Below are positions 41,725 through 51,867 of a stretch of 51,867 nucleotides of DNA, piece by piece. The notes under the pieces were generated by a model. It had not been told where the DNA came from. It saw only the letters and a list, made by a program, of their open reading frames with translations, and ran no database searches. Source of the DNA: Aliicoccus sp. (GTDB taxonomy: Bacteria > Bacillota > Bacilli > Staphylococcales > Salinicoccaceae); NCBI GenBank assembly GCA_041838435.1, contig JBGYPO010000152.1, positions 1 to 51,867 on the forward strand. The letters are read 5' to 3'. The position numbers were made by a program, and so were the translations under genes. Positions within the stretch are counted from its first letter, which is position 1. The number at the start of each line of letters is the position of its first letter.

Positions 41725-42849
41725 TTAAAATCTATTTTGTTTATACATCGTATCGTAATGCAATATTGTTTCTAAATCTGGTTTGTGAACGACGTCATGA
41801 TGTGACATTGCACGTTCTACAATCTCTTCTATTTCTAAAAATGAAATGCGTCCATTCAAAAATTCATTGACTGCATATTCATTTGCTGCATTCATAACTG
41901 CTGGCATTGTGCCGCCAATTTTTAGTGCATCATACGCAAATTGCAACATTCTAAAGCGCTCTAGATCCATCGGCTCGAAGTTTAATTGAGATAACGTTGT
42001 GAGGTCAAGTGGATTATTCATCGGCAGGCGCAACGGATATGATAATGCAAATTGAATGGGATGACGCATATCTGAATTACCGAGCTGCGCAATCACACTA
42101 TTATCTATAAACTCTACCATTGAATGAATGATACTTTCACGATGTAGCAGTGTCGATATCTGGTCTGTATTAAGGCCAAATAACCACTTCGCCTCAATTA
42201 CTTCAAGTCCCTTATTCATCATCGTCGCAGAATCAATCGTAATCTTTTTACCCATGGACCAGTTCGGATGATTGAGTGCATCCTGCAGTGTCACATGTTT
42301 AAGTTCAGCACGTGTTAAATCCCTGAACGAACCGCCGCTTGCAGTCACAATCAAACGCTTTACTTCATTCATTTTTTCACCACGTAAACACTGATAGATT
42401 GCAGAGTGTTCAGAGTCAACGGGAAGAATTTTAACATTATTCTGCTCTGCCGCCTCCATAACAATATCACCCGCCGCAACAAGTGTCTCTTTATTCGCGA
42501 GCGCGATATCTTTACCCGCATGTATAGCTGCGAGTGTTGGCTCGATACCTATGCTGCCCATTATAGCGGTCACGAGCATATCGGAATCATCTGCTGCAAT
42601 CTCAAGTAAACCTTCCATACCATATGTAAACTGAATGTTTGGAAATTCCTGCTGTAACGATATTAAATGTGTTTGATTTTTCATACACACGAGTTTTGGT
42701 TGAAATGATTTTAGAATATTCCGGAGAACTTCAACATTTTCACCTGCTGCAATTGAGATTAATTCAAATTGATCCTTATTATTTTCAATTACTTCAAGTG
42801 TTTGTAAGCCAATTGACCCGGTCACACCGATAATTGATATCTTTTTCAT
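41725..42849 (-). CDS. dxr: 1-deoxy-D-xylulose 5-phosphate reductoisomerase
   Basis: GVTGSIG, LANKE, PVDSEHSA, HPNWSMGKKITIDSATMMNKGLE. Confidence 0.98.
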   Translation of the reverse strand: MKKISIIGVTGSIGLQTLEVIENNKDQFELISIAAGENVEVLRNILKSFQPKLVCMKNQTHLISLQQEFPNIQFTYGMEGLLEIAADDSDMLVTAIMGSIGIEPTLAAIHAGKDIALANKETLVAAGDIVMEAAEQNNVKILPVDSEHSAIYQCLRGEKMNEVKRLIVTASGGSFRDLTRAELKHVTLQDALNHPNWSMGKKITIDSATMMNKGLEVIEAKWLFGLNTDQISTLLHRESIIHSMVEFIDNSVIAQLGNSDMRHPIQFALSYPLRLPMNNPLDLTTLSQLNFEPMDLERFRMLQFAYDALKIGGTMPAVMNAANEYAVNEFLNGRISFLEIEEIVERAMSHHDVVHKPDLETILHYDTMYKQNRF

Positions 42850-42860
42850 CTAATAACCTC

Positions 42861-43646
42861 CTATATTAAGAGCGGGAGTATATTCATTACAGGTAAGACA
42901 AACAGTAAACTGTCGAACCTATCCAGTATACCACCATGCCCCGGCATTAGCTGTCCAGAATCCTTGACGTCAAAATGACGTTTCAATGCAGATTCAACTA
43001 AATCACCGAGCTGGCCAAACACACTTAATATTACTGCATATAGGAGAAGTAACCATAGCTCCAGATGGACAATATAGCCTGCTGCATAGAAGATAATACC
43101 AACAGCGACTGCTGTCATTATCCCACCCAGTGCCCCTTCAATCGTTTTGTTCGGGGAAATTTGCGGCCAAAGCTTATGGCGGCCAAATATTCGACCAAAA
43201 ACATATGCACCAGTGTCTGTACCCCAGACAATTAAGAGCGCAAACGCAATAAACTCTAACCCGGTTTCTCTTGTTTCATAAAAATACATAAAACCAAAGC
43301 CTATATATATAACACTTAACACACAGAAACCCATATCAACAAATGTAAATCTATTTTTGCTGAGCACTGTAAAACTAAGTGCCAACAGTGTTAAAAAAAT
43401 TATCGCTTCTGTTTGATATGTTTCAAGAGCTGGCACATATTGTACTGGAATTAATATAATCATTAATGTCACAAACGATAAAATACCAGGTATTGATAAA
43501 ATATGTATTCTGTTCATTTTCAATATCTCATAAAGACATATAATTCCGAGTAGACCAACCAAAACAAGGACAGGCAGGTTACCGTATATAACAATCGGTA
43601 TAAACACTAATAGTGCTACAACAGCAGATAGCGTTCTTGTTAACAA
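42861..43646 (-). CDS. cdsA: Phosphatidate cytidylyltransferase
   Basis: ISPNKTIEG, GDLVESALKR, KDSGQLMPGHGGILDRFDS. Confidence 0.97.
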   Translation of the reverse strand: MLTRTLSAVVALLVFIPIVIYGNLPVLVLVGLLGIICLYEILKMNRIHILSIPGILSFVTLMIILIPVQYVPALETYQTEAIIFLTLLALSFTVLSKNRFTFVDMGFCVLSVIYIGFGFMYFYETRETGLEFIAFALLIVWGTDTGAYVFGRIFGRHKLWPQISPNKTIEGALGGIMTAVAVGIIFYAAGYIVHLELWLLLLYAVILSVFGQLGDLVESALKRHFDVKDSGQLMPGHGGILDRFDSLLFVLPVMNILPLLI

Positions 43647-43648
43647 TA

Positions 43649-44386
43649 TTAGCCCCCCTTTTTCAGTCCTCCAAAGCGACGTTCTCTTGTATGATATTCT
43701 TCAATCATACGCTTTAGTTCATCTGTATTAAATTCCGGCCACAATGTGTCCGTAAAGAACAGTTCACTGTAAGATGATTGCCACAGTAAAAAGTTACTGA
43801 GGCGATATTCACCGCTTGTACGTATTATCATATCCGGTTCAGGAAAATCTTTCGTCATTAAATAATTGTTGATTAGCTCAGCACTTAAATCTTCGATGTC
43901 AAAGCGCTCAGATTCAATTTCTGTATATATTTTCTTGACGGCCTGCACAACTTCATCACGGCCACCGTAATTTAGAGCAAAGATTAAAGTCAAACCTGTA
44001 TTTTCACAAGTAGATTCAATCGCTTCCATCACAGCTTTTTGTGTGTTTGCCGGCAAGGCATCAATATTACCAATTGTTTTCACACGGACATTTTCCTTCA
44101 TTAAGTCTGGTAGAAAGTGACTAAGAAAATCGATTGGTAGGCGCATTAAGAAGTTGACTTCTTTTTGAGGGCGACTCCAATTCTCAGTAGAAAATGCAAA
44201 TAGTGTTAAATATTTTATACCTAAATTAGAACAATATGTTGTGATTCGTTTAACGTTTTCCATGCCTTCTCTATGGCCCGTAATCCGGGGTAAATTTCGT
44301 TTTTTTGCATATCTGCCATTGCCATCCATAATAATCCCAATATGTTTTGGCAATGTGACTTTTACTTCTGTGTTACTTGTAAACAA
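43649..44386 (-). CDS. uppS: Undecaprenyl diphosphate synthase
   Basis: HIGIIMDGNGR, FSTENWSRP, IRTSGEYRLSNFLLWQ. Confidence 0.98.
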   Translation of the reverse strand: MFTSNTEVKVTLPKHIGIIMDGNGRYAKKRNLPRITGHREGMENVKRITTYCSNLGIKYLTLFAFSTENWSRPQKEVNFLMRLPIDFLSHFLPDLMKENVRVKTIGNIDALPANTQKAVMEAIESTCENTGLTLIFALNYGGRDEVVQAVKKIYTEIESERFDIEDLSAELINNYLMTKDFPEPDMIIRTSGEYRLSNFLLWQSSYSELFFTDTLWPEFNTDELKRMIEEYHTRERRFGGLKKGG

Positions 44387-44466
44387 ATGATTTTCCCCCT
44401 AAAAAGATCCCAGGTAAAGTATCGTTTCAATTCATTTATTTTATCATACAACTTACATTATGACAT

Positions 44467-44498
44467 AAAAAGACCAGGTAGAGAAATACTACCTGGTT
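44467..44498 (-). terminator. Intrinsic terminator after frr
   Basis: ACCAGGTAG...CTACCTGGT stem then CTTTTT. Confidence 0.85.
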
Positions 44499-44502
44499 AA
44501 AA

Positions 44503-45066
44503 TTAGACAGCCATGATATCCTTTTCTTTGTCATCACATAACTGATCAACTTGTTTGATAAACTTATCTGTTAATTCTTGAACATCCTCTGTGGAACCTC
44601 TTAATTCATCTTCAGAAATATTCCCTTTCTTTTCTGAAGCTTTCAGGTCATCATTAGCATCGCGTCTTACGTTTCGAATTGAAACTTTAGTTGTTTCTCC
44701 AACTTTGCGCGCTTCTTTTGCGTATTCTTTTCTACGTTCTTCAGTCAGCTGTGGGATTGTAATGCGAATCATTGTCCCGTCACTCGTAGGGTTAACACCA
44801 AGATCAGCTTGTTGGATAGCTTTTAAGACACCGTCAACAGAACCTTTGTCATATGGTGTTACAGTAAGCATTCTTGCTTCTGGCACACTGATTGATGCTA
44901 ACTGATTTACAGGCGTTGGCGCACCATAGTAATCTACATTAACACGGTCGAGTAAACTTGCATTCGCAGCACCAGTTCTAATACTTGCAAGCTCACGGCT
45001 TAAACCGTCAATGGTTTTTTGCATCTTAGTTTTTGCTTCTTTAATGATACTTTCTGACATCATCAT
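44503..45066 (-). CDS. frr: Ribosome recycling factor
   Basis: [27 protein letters not shown]. Three consecutive ATGs, so the exact start is uncertain. Confidence 0.98.
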   Translation of the reverse strand: MMMSESIIKEAKTKMQKTIDGLSRELASIRTGAANASLLDRVNVDYYGAPTPVNQLASISVPEARMLTVTPYDKGSVDGVLKAIQQADLGVNPTSDGTMIRITIPQLTEERRKEYAKEARKVGETTKVSIRNVRRDANDDLKASEKKGNISEDELRGSTEDVQELTDKFIKQVDQLCDDKEKDIMAV

Positions 45067-45075
45067 TCATCCTTA

Positions 45076-45798
45076 CTATTTTTTTATAACTGTACCGATT
45101 GTCTCACCGAGCACAGCGCGTTTGATGTTACCTTCTTCTGTAATTGAAAATACCACAAGTGGTATATCATTGTCCATACAGAAAGATGAAGCAGTTGAAT
45201 CCATTACTTGTAAATTCTCTTGAATCATTTCAAGATATGTCAGCTCATCATATTTAGTCGCTGTAAGATCTGTTTTAGGATCAGCGGAATAAACACCGTC
45301 AACATTATTTTTACCCATTAATATAACATCAGCTTCAACTTCAGCCGCTCTTAATGCTGCTGTCGTATCCGTTGAGAAGTAAGGGTTGCCTATACCAGCT
45401 GCAAAAATCACGATGCGCCCTTTTTCTAAATGACGAATTGCACGACGTCTAATATATGGTTCTGCAACTTCTTTCATTTCAATCGATGTGAGCACACGTG
45501 TTTCACATCCGATTTGCTCCAGGCTATCTTGAAGCGCAAGTGAGTTCATCACTGTTGCAAGCATCCCCATATAATCCGCAGTACCACGGTCCATACCGAG
45601 GTCACTGCCGATCTTGCCACGCCATATATTACCGCCACCGACAATTATCGCAATTTCAACACCAAGTTCTTTTGCACCTTTTACTTGAGAAGCGATATCT
45701 TTTATCACAACAGGATTGATACCGAATCCATCAGAGCCAGCCAGTGCTTCCCCACTTAATTTTAAAATAATTCTATTATATTTAGAGGTTTCAATCAT
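45076..45798 (-). CDS. pyrH: Uridylate kinase
   Basis: [31 protein letters not shown]. Confidence 0.98.
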   Translation of the reverse strand: MIETSKYNRIILKLSGEALAGSDGFGINPVVIKDIASQVKGAKELGVEIAIIVGGGNIWRGKIGSDLGMDRGTADYMGMLATVMNSLALQDSLEQIGCETRVLTSIEMKEVAEPYIRRRAIRHLEKGRIVIFAAGIGNPYFSTDTTAALRAAEVEADVILMGKNNVDGVYSADPKTDLTATKYDELTYLEMIQENLQVMDSTASSFCMDNDIPLVVFSITEEGNIKRAVLGETIGTVIKK

Positions 45799-45828
45799 AA
45801 TGTTCATCCCTTTTAGTTAAAATTTTAG

Positions 45829-45851
45829 AAAAAAAGACACCGAAGTGTCTT
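45829..45851 (-). terminator. Intrinsic terminator after tsf
   Basis: AAGACAC-TTCG-GTGTCTT plus T run (C-UUCG-G tetraloop). Confidence 0.85.
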
Positions 45852-45854
45852 AAA

Positions 45855-46733
45855 TTATTTCTTTACTTGACCTAAAACTTCATCAGCAAAGTTTTCTTCT
45901 CTTTTTTCAATGCCTTCTCCAACTTCATAGCGTACAAAATTAGCAAGTGTACCGCCTTTAGATTTAAGAAAAGCACCGACAGTTTGATCAGAATCTTTAA
46001 CAAATGGCTGATCTACCATACAAATTTCCTCTAAATATTTACGCATTCTACCTTCTACCATCTTATCTACGATGTTTTCTGGTTTGCCTTCATTTAAAGC
46101 CTGCTGTTTTAAGATTTCACGCTCTTGATCAAGCTCTTCTTGAGATACTTGGTCTTTAGAGATGAATTTCGGATTTAGGGCAGCTGCATGCATTGCGACG
46201 TCTTTCGCAATTTCAGCATCCTTAACACCTTCAACTAAAGTTAATACACCAATGCGTCCACCCATGTGAAGGTACTCACCAAATGCATCATTGTCCGTTT
46301 TTTCAACAAGTTCAAAACGACGCAACGTTAATTTTTCTCCAATGCGTGATACCGCTTCAGTCATTACATCAGCTACAGCTTTACCATTCATTTCTGATTG
46401 GTTTAATTCATCTAAAGATGCTGGTTTAACGTCTAAGATGTGGTTTGCAATATTGCTTACTAATTCCTGGAAACTTTCATTTCGTGCAACGAAATCTGTT
46501 TCAGCGTTAATTTCAACAATCACTGCTGTGTTCCCTTTAGATGCAACATGAACCGCACCTTCTGCAGCGATACGGTCTGCCTTTTTAGCAGCAGTTGAAA
46601 TACCTTTTTCTCTTAAATAATCAATTGCTTTATCTAGGTCGCCATCTGTTTCTACAAGTGCTTTTTTACAATCCATCATTCCTGCACCAGTTTTTTCACG
46701 TAGTTCTTTAACTAATTTAGCTGAAATTGCCAT
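45855..46733 (-). CDS. tsf: Elongation factor Ts
   Basis: [27 protein letters not shown]. Confidence 0.99.
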   Translation of the reverse strand: MAISAKLVKELREKTGAGMMDCKKALVETDGDLDKAIDYLREKGISTAAKKADRIAAEGAVHVASKGNTAVIVEINAETDFVARNESFQELVSNIANHILDVKPASLDELNQSEMNGKAVADVMTEAVSRIGEKLTLRRFELVEKTDNDAFGEYLHMGGRIGVLTLVEGVKDAEIAKDVAMHAAALNPKFISKDQVSQEELDQEREILKQQALNEGKPENIVDKMVEGRMRKYLEEICMVDQPFVKDSDQTVGAFLKSKGGTLANFVRYEVGEGIEKREENFADEVLGQVKK

Positions 46734-46762
46734 GTGTTTAAATCCTCCCGGGTCTATATTTT

Positions 46763-46796
46763 AAAAAAGGTGATAAGACACTTACTGCTTATCACC
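46763..46796 (-). terminator. Terminator/attenuator between rpsB and tsf
   Basis: GGTGATAAG...CTTATCACC stem followed by T6. Confidence 0.8.
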
Positions 46797-46815
46797 ACAT
46801 ATACTTATTTTATAA

Positions 46816-47595
46816 TTATTCTTTAGTCGTTTCAACAGTCTCGTTTGATTCTGTATCTTCAGCATTCTCAGTCATGTCGATGTTTTGTTCTTTAGCGATC
46901 TCGTCATCACTTACGCCGCGCTGACCTTCTAAGATTGCATCTGCCATCTTAGACGTCATTAATCTTACTGCTCTGATAGCGTCATCGTTTGCAGGAATAA
47001 CGTAATCAATTTCGTCTGGGTCACAGTTTGTGTCTACCATTGCAACGATAGGAATACGTAATTTCTTCGCTTCCATAATTGCGTTACGCTCTTTACGTGG
47101 GTCAACGATGAATAATGCTTTTGGCATTTCTTTCATCTCACGAATACCGCCTAAGAATTTTTCTAAACGCTCATATTCTTTACGAAGTTCTACAACTTCT
47201 TTTTTAGGAAGTACATCAAACGTACCGTCTTCTTCCATACGTTCAATTTCAGAGATGCGGTTGATACGGCCTTTGATTGTTTGGTAGTTAGTTAAAATAC
47301 CACCTAACCATCTTTGATTCACGTATAAGTGTCCTGCACGCTCTGCTTCTTCTTTAATAGAATCTTGTGCTTGTTTTTTTGTTCCTACGAATAGTACTTT
47401 ACCACCGTCTTCAGATACGCTTTTGATGAAATCATAAGCTTCTGCAACTTTTTTCACAGTTTTCTGTAAGTCAATGATATAAATACCATTTCTCTCCGTG
47501 AAAATATAACGTTTCATCTTAGGGTTCCAACGACGTGTTTGGTGTCCGAAATGTACACCTGCTTCAAGTAACTGCTTCATACTAATTACTGACAT
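46816..47595 (-). CDS. rpsB: 30S ribosomal protein S2
   Basis: [27 protein letters not shown]. Start MSVIS after AAGGAGG. Confidence 0.99.
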   Translation of the reverse strand: MSVISMKQLLEAGVHFGHQTRRWNPKMKRYIFTERNGIYIIDLQKTVKKVAEAYDFIKSVSEDGGKVLFVGTKKQAQDSIKEEAERAGHLYVNQRWLGGILTNYQTIKGRINRISEIERMEEDGTFDVLPKKEVVELRKEYERLEKFLGGIREMKEMPKALFIVDPRKERNAIMEAKKLRIPIVAMVDTNCDPDEIDYVIPANDDAIRAVRLMTSKMADAILEGQRGVSDDEIAKEQNIDMTENAEDTESNETVETTKE

Positions 47596-47599
47596 AAAT

Positions 47600-47704
47600 T
47601 TTTCCTCCTTGGTTTTACCTCCAGCTTGCCCTATTCCAGTGACCAATCATCGGCACCAACTGAAACTTTCGACAATCTGTGTGTATTTGGCACTTTTAGC
47701 GCCA
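47600..47704 (-). ncRNA. S2 (rpsB) leader RNA (probable)
   Basis: 5' UTR with ACACAC near the 5' end and GGAGGTAAAACC just before the RBS, resembling conserved rpsB leaders. Confidence 0.65.
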
Positions 47705-47710
47705 CCAAAT

Positions 47711-47739
47711 ATAATAACACAAAATCGACTACCAGGCAA
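47711..47739 (-). promoter_or_regulatory. sigma-A promoter for rpsB
   Basis: TTGCCT-17 nt-TATTAT with extended TG. Confidence 0.75.
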
Positions 47740-47751
47740 GGGTAATCGATT
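47719..47751 (-). terminator. Terminator-like hairpin after codY, overlapping the rpsB promoter
   Basis: AATCGATTACC-cttgcct-GGTAGTCGATT then TTGT. Confidence 0.6.
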
Positions 47752-47762
47752 CGGTGATTTAA

Positions 47763-48530
47763 TTAAAATGAATTTTTAAGTGCGTCTGGAAATGATTCCT
47801 TTTTAACCTTGATAAACGTACCTTTCATTCCAAGTGACTTCGAATCAATTATCCCTGCACTCTCAAGTTTTCTCAGTGCGTTCACGATAACCGAGCGCGT
47901 AATACCTACTCTATCTGCAATTTTAGATGCAATGAGTAAACCTTGTGGGCCATCCAGTTCATCAAAAATATGCGTGATAGCTTCTCTCTCAGAATAAGAT
48001 AGTGAATTAATCGCCATCGTTATACTTGCTTTATCGCGCGCCTTCTCTTCGATTTCATCCTGCTGTTCTCTTAACATTTCCATACCAACAACTGTGCCTG
48101 CGTATTCAGCAAGGACGAGATCGTTCTCTGAAAATTGTTCCGATACTCGACCAAGTACTAGTGTACCGAGGCGCTGTGCTGCACCATAGATTGGTACGAT
48201 ACACGTCGCAGAATCTTGAAATGAATCTTCTGTAGGAAACGCCGTGAGCGGATCGACGAAAGGAATATTTGCTTCTGTTTCTGTGACGACAAACAATTTC
48301 TCAACATATTCATCTGGAAACTGTTCATTATCAAGCATATTGCGCACACGTTCATTCACACCGCCTTGATTAAGTGTGTAGCCGACCAAGCGTCCTCTAT
48401 GCGATAAAATATACACGTTACTTGAGATGACAGAACCAAGTTTATCCGCAAGTTTCTTGTAGTCCACGTTGACACCATCATGCGTTTGAATCAACTTGCT
48501 CACTGCACGGGTTTTATCTAATAATGACAT
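47763..48530 (-). CDS. codY: GTP/BCAA-sensing repressor CodY
   Basis: LSYSE...[26 protein letters not shown]. Confidence 0.99.
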   Translation of the reverse strand: MSLLDKTRAVSKLIQTHDGVNVDYKKLADKLGSVISSNVYILSHRGRLVGYTLNQGGVNERVRNMLDNEQFPDEYVEKLFVVTETEANIPFVDPLTAFPTEDSFQDSATCIVPIYGAAQRLGTLVLGRVSEQFSENDLVLAEYAGTVVGMEMLREQQDEIEEKARDKASITMAINSLSYSEREAITHIFDELDGPQGLLIASKIADRVGITRSVIVNALRKLESAGIIDSKSLGMKGTFIKVKKESFPDALKNSF

Positions 48531-48555
48531 CGTTCATTCCCCTTTACATTAACCA

Positions 48556-49935
48556 TTATAATATATATTTGCTTAAATTTTTGTCTGACTTAATATGTGA
48601 GAGTTTAGATTCAACATACTGTGTCGTAATCTCAACATGGGCACCATTCATATTACTTGCTTCAAAGAGCAGCTCTTCAAGCAGCGTTTCAAGAATTGTA
48701 TGCAGGCGTCTCGCACCGATATCATCCGTTTCGTTGTTCACTTCAAACGCAATCTCAGCGAGTTTACGAATTGCATTGTCTTCAAATGTCACAGACACTT
48801 CTTCAGTTGAGAGCAATGCTTGATACTGACGCAACAATGAATTTTTCGGTTCTTTTAATATGCGCTCAAAATCATCTGCTGTCAGCTTGCTTAACTCAAC
48901 TCGAATAGGAAATCGTCCCTGCAACTCTGGAATCAAGTCGCTTGGTTTAGACATATGGAACGCACCAGCACCAATAAAGAGAATGTGGTCGGTATCGATT
49001 GTACCGTATTTTGTGTTTACAGTACTACCTTCTACGATTGGTAAAATATCGCGCTGCACACCTTCACGTGAGACGTCTCCTGAATGCTGGTTGCTTTTCG
49101 CAATTTTATCCATCTCGTCAATAAATATAATACCCATTGTTTCAGCGAGACGAATCGCTTCATCATTTACTTCACTCGTATCGATAATTTTTTCAGCTTC
49201 TTCACGCTTTAAAATCTTACGTGCATCTTTAACTTTTAATGTGCGTTTGTGCTTTTTCTTCGGCATGATATTTTTAAACATATCTTGTACGCCTGATAGG
49301 TCGGGGCCAGGACCGATGCCACCTGGCATTTCTGCATCTTGTTCAACCTCAATCGTGACTTCATAATTCTCTAAGTAACCGTCAGCCAATTTTTGACGTA
49401 GGTCAGAGCGCTTCACTTTTACGTCATCAGTTACTTCTTCAGTCGCGTTATCATCTTGATTCATGTTCATGAACATTTGGAATGGATTTTGCTGATTGCT
49501 GCTATTATTTCTTCTGACGCCTGGTGCAAGCAAACCAACCAAGCGTTCATTTGCGAGTTTCTCAGCATCATCTTCAACCATTTTGACTTTTTGGTCTTTC
49601 ACGAGTCTAATACTTGCTTCGACTAAATCTCTTACCATGCTTTCAACATCTCGACCGACGTAGCCGACTTCAGTAAACTTTGTAGCTTCCACTTTAGTAA
49701 ATGGTGCACCTGTCAGTTTAGCCATGCGACGTGCAATCTCAGTTTTACCGACACCTGTCGGTCCAATCATTAAAATGTTCTTTGGTATAACTTCATCTTT
49801 AATTTGTTCATCGAGCAACATGCGGCGATAGCGATTGCGCATTGCAATAGCAACCTTACGCTTCGCGTCATCCTGCCCAACGATATTTTCATCGAGTCTT
49901 GCTGTAATTTCTCTAGGCGTTAATTGAATACTCAA
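48556..49935 (-). CDS. hslU: ATP-dependent protease ATPase subunit HslU (ClpY)
   Basis: [44 protein letters not shown]. Confidence 0.99.
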   Translation of the reverse strand: MSIQLTPREITARLDENIVGQDDAKRKVAIAMRNRYRRMLLDEQIKDEVIPKNILMIGPTGVGKTEIARRMAKLTGAPFTKVEATKFTEVGYVGRDVESMVRDLVEASIRLVKDQKVKMVEDDAEKLANERLVGLLAPGVRRNNSSNQQNPFQMFMNMNQDDNATEEVTDDVKVKRSDLRQKLADGYLENYEVTIEVEQDAEMPGGIGPGPDLSGVQDMFKNIMPKKKHKRTLKVKDARKILKREEAEKIIDTSEVNDEAIRLAETMGIIFIDEMDKIAKSNQHSGDVSREGVQRDILPIVEGSTVNTKYGTIDTDHILFIGAGAFHMSKPSDLIPELQGRFPIRVELSKLTADDFERILKEPKNSLLRQYQALLSTEEVSVTFEDNAIRKLAEIAFEVNNETDDIGARRLHTILETLLEELLFEASNMNGAHVEITTQYVESKLSHIKSDKNLSKYIL

Positions 49936-49949
49936 TACAATGTCTCTCC

Positions 49950-50492
49950 TTATTCAATCGTTTCTACGATAATTTGATCGTTTGTAAACACACAGATATC
50001 AGCAGCAATCTCGAGTGCATCACGTGCGATTGTGCTGGCATCTAACTTCTCACCATGTTTTTTTAATGCGCGACCTGCACTGAGTGCATAGCTGCCACCG
50101 CTCCCGATCGCAATCATACCATCGTCCGGTTCGATCACTTCTCCCGTACCACTTACGACAAGGAGCATGTCTTTATCCATGACAATTAACATTGCTTCTA
50201 ATTGACGGAGCATTTTATCTCCGCGCCATTCTTTAGCGAGTTCAACTGCTGCACGGTCGAGCTGACCGTTGTATGTATTTAATTTTTCTTCGAACTTTTC
50301 AAATAATGTAAATGCATCTGCGACTGAGCCGGCAAAACCTGCAAGCACTTGGTCATGGAATAGACGTCTCACTTTTCTCGCCTTGTGTTTCATAACGATT
50401 TGATTCCCCATCGTCATCTGACCGTCTCCGCTCATCGCAGCGACACCTTTATGGTGTATCGCAAATATCGTTGTACCTTTAATAACCAACAT
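49950..50492 (-). CDS. hslV: ATP-dependent protease peptidase subunit HslV (ClpQ)
   Basis: [25 protein letters not shown]. Start ATG 50492 after GAGGTG. Confidence 0.98.
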   Translation of the reverse strand: MLVIKGTTIFAIHHKGVAAMSGDGQMTMGNQIVMKHKARKVRRLFHDQVLAGFAGSVADAFTLFEKFEEKLNTYNGQLDRAAVELAKEWRGDKMLRQLEAMLIVMDKDMLLVVSGTGEVIEPDDGMIAIGSGGSYALSAGRALKKHGEKLDASTIARDALEIAADICVFTNDQIIVETIE

Positions 50493-50494
50493 TG

Positions 50495-51370
50495 TCACCT
50501 CTTATTTCCTGGATGAAATTCTAAATATGTCTTCCTTAAATTTTCACGTGATACATGTGTGTACTTCTGCGTTGTCGATAAAGACTCATGTCCAAGCAAC
50601 TCCTGCACTGCACGCAAGTCCGCACCATTGTTTAACATGTGCGTTGCAAACGTATGACGCAGTTTGTGCGGGTGCATATGAAAGTTGAGCGCACTTTTAT
50701 TGACCAGAGTATTCAATACATACCTTAAGCCGCGGTCTGTCAGTGCATCCCCTCTATAATTTAACCATATGCTGTGGTCTGGTGGAATCTTTTTATCGTA
50801 TAGTTCGAGATAATCAGCGAGAGCAACTTTGGCCCTATCATTGAACGGAATCACACGCTCTTTTTGACCCTTACCAAGAACCCTGATCACCTGTGTATCA
50901 AAATCGATACTTGTTTTTTTCATTGCGAGCAGTTCACCCGCCCGCATGCCTGTACCGTACAGCAATTCTAAAATTGCCAAGTCACGCACATACATTTTAG
51001 AGTCCTGATTGATTGATGCAAACAACTGCTCAATTTCATTTTCATAGAAGAAGGTTGGTAAATATTTCTCCTGCTTCGGCAACGGCAAATTATCAAATGG
51101 ATTAGTCGTGACGTAGTCCCTACTAATTAAAAACTGATAAAAAGTCCGCAATGTCGAAATATTTCGAGCAATCGTCGATTTCTTTAAATTCCGTTGATAT
51201 AACTGGTGCAGGAAATTCCTCGCATCCCTATATTCGAATGATTTGAATGTTAAACGTTCGCTTTCGAGAAATTGATTAAATGTTTCCAGGTCCCTCATGT
51301 AACTATTAATCGTATGTTGCGATAAGTTACGCTGATAAAGTAGTTGATCTTTGAACTGTTCGATATACAT
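50495..51370 (-). CDS. xerC: Tyrosine recombinase XerC (CodV)
   Basis: [41 protein letters not shown]. First gene of the xerC-hslVU-codY operon. Confidence 0.96.
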   Translation of the reverse strand: MYIEQFKDQLLYQRNLSQHTINSYMRDLETFNQFLESERLTFKSFEYRDARNFLHQLYQRNLKKSTIARNISTLRTFYQFLISRDYVTTNPFDNLPLPKQEKYLPTFFYENEIEQLFASINQDSKMYVRDLAILELLYGTGMRAGELLAMKKTSIDFDTQVIRVLGKGQKERVIPFNDRAKVALADYLELYDKKIPPDHSIWLNYRGDALTDRGLRYVLNTLVNKSALNFHMHPHKLRHTFATHMLNNGADLRAVQELLGHESLSTTQKYTHVSRENLRKTYLEFHPGNKR

Positions 51371-51497
51371 CAAACCAACCTCCTAATTCAGAATTTTACC
51401 ACAATTCTATTATTTATAATAATGAACGACATGCAGATTGATTGTGTTCTTAGCGATTGGATGCGGTTCGATGTTTATTTTTGTAAAGTTATGGTGT

Positions 51498-51867
51498 TTT
51501 GTGGGTGTGCGTGTGATCCAGCGCTAATTTTTAGGGCGGGAATCACATTTGGTGGCTGTGCGTGTGATTCATTGCCGATTTTTGGGGCGGGAATCACGTT
51601 TGGTGGCTGTGCGTGTGATTTTTTGCCGATTTTTAGGCCGGGAATCACATTTGGTGCTCCCACGTGTGATTCAGCACCGTTTTTTTGACCGGGAATCACA
51701 TTTGGTCGACTTCCGTGTGATTCATTGCCGATTTTTGGGGCGGGAATCACGTTTGGTCGACTTCCGTGTGATTCAGCACCTATTTTTAGGCTGGGAATCA
51801 CGTTTGGTCGACTTCCGTGTGATTCAGCACCTTTCTTTTGGCCGGGGGTCACGTTTAAACTAAGTCC
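51498..51867. repeat. Tandem hairpin array, type B (51-bp period, 7 units)
   Basis: GTGTGATTC (or 1-nt variants) at 51511, 51562, 51613, 51664, 51715, 51766, 51817; 20-nt loop; inverted arm GAATCACRT; 13-nt linker starting TTGGT. Ends in TAAACTAA. Confidence 0.96.

Noticed and set aside
50495-51370. xerC as an integrase of a mobile element linked to the adjacent array
   Set aside because: It is the housekeeping xerC/codV in its conserved operon with hslVU-codY. The same repeat type also occurs 43 kb away with no recombinase nearby.
51384-51410. Possible CodY box upstream of xerC (AATTTTACCACAATT)
   Set aside because: Four mismatches to AATTTTCWGAAAATT in AT-rich DNA; not distinguishable from chance.
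51344-51863. Three overlapping repeat-peptide ORFs upstream of xerC, and 7858-8052 (-)
   Set aside because: Open in several frames on both strands. Unit differences are largely non-synonymous, and the constraint visible is base pairing, not codons.
51511-51867. CRISPR array interpretation of the repeat arrays (also 7.9, 11.7 and 27.2 kb)
   Set aside because: The variable segments are only 13-20 nt, are clearly homologous to one another and sometimes identical. No cas genes or leader are present.

Overview
Core chromosomal segment of a low-GC Firmicute. Gene order and protein sequences point to Staphylococcaceae/Salinicoccaceae (Jeotgalicoccus/Salinicoccus-like; inferred). All credible genes lie on the minus strand. 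In transcription order: xerC-hslV-hslU-codY, rpsB-tsf-pyrH-frr-uppS-cdsA-dxr-rseP-proS-polC, rimP-nusA-ylxR-ylxQ-infB-rbfA-truB-ribF, rpsO, pnp-(87-aa unknown)-rnjB-ftsK-ymfF-ymfH-ymfI-ymfK-rodZ-pgsA, recA, rny, ymdB-korA-korB, a heterodimeric ABC exporter pair, a TPP-riboswitch-controlled ykoEDC ECF transporter and a truncated miaB. Cis-elements include a TPP riboswitch, S15, S2 and rimP leaders, two SOS boxes, and several sigma-A promoters and intrinsic terminators. The unexplained signal is four intergenic tandem arrays (about 7.9-8.15 kb, 11.7-12.1 kb, 27.2-27.7 kb, 51.5-51.87 kb) built from five repeat types. All share one design: ~9-nt arm, 16-20-nt loop, inverted ~9-nt arm, linker, with periods of 51 or 41-42 bp. 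Arm sequences differ between types, with fully compensatory changes between types A and B. Two arrays are composites that switch arm type mid-array. Three start just past an intrinsic terminator, and two of those end just before the next promoter's -35 box. No transposase, cas or other effector gene for them is in the window. Whether the family is already described cannot be checked from sequence alone.
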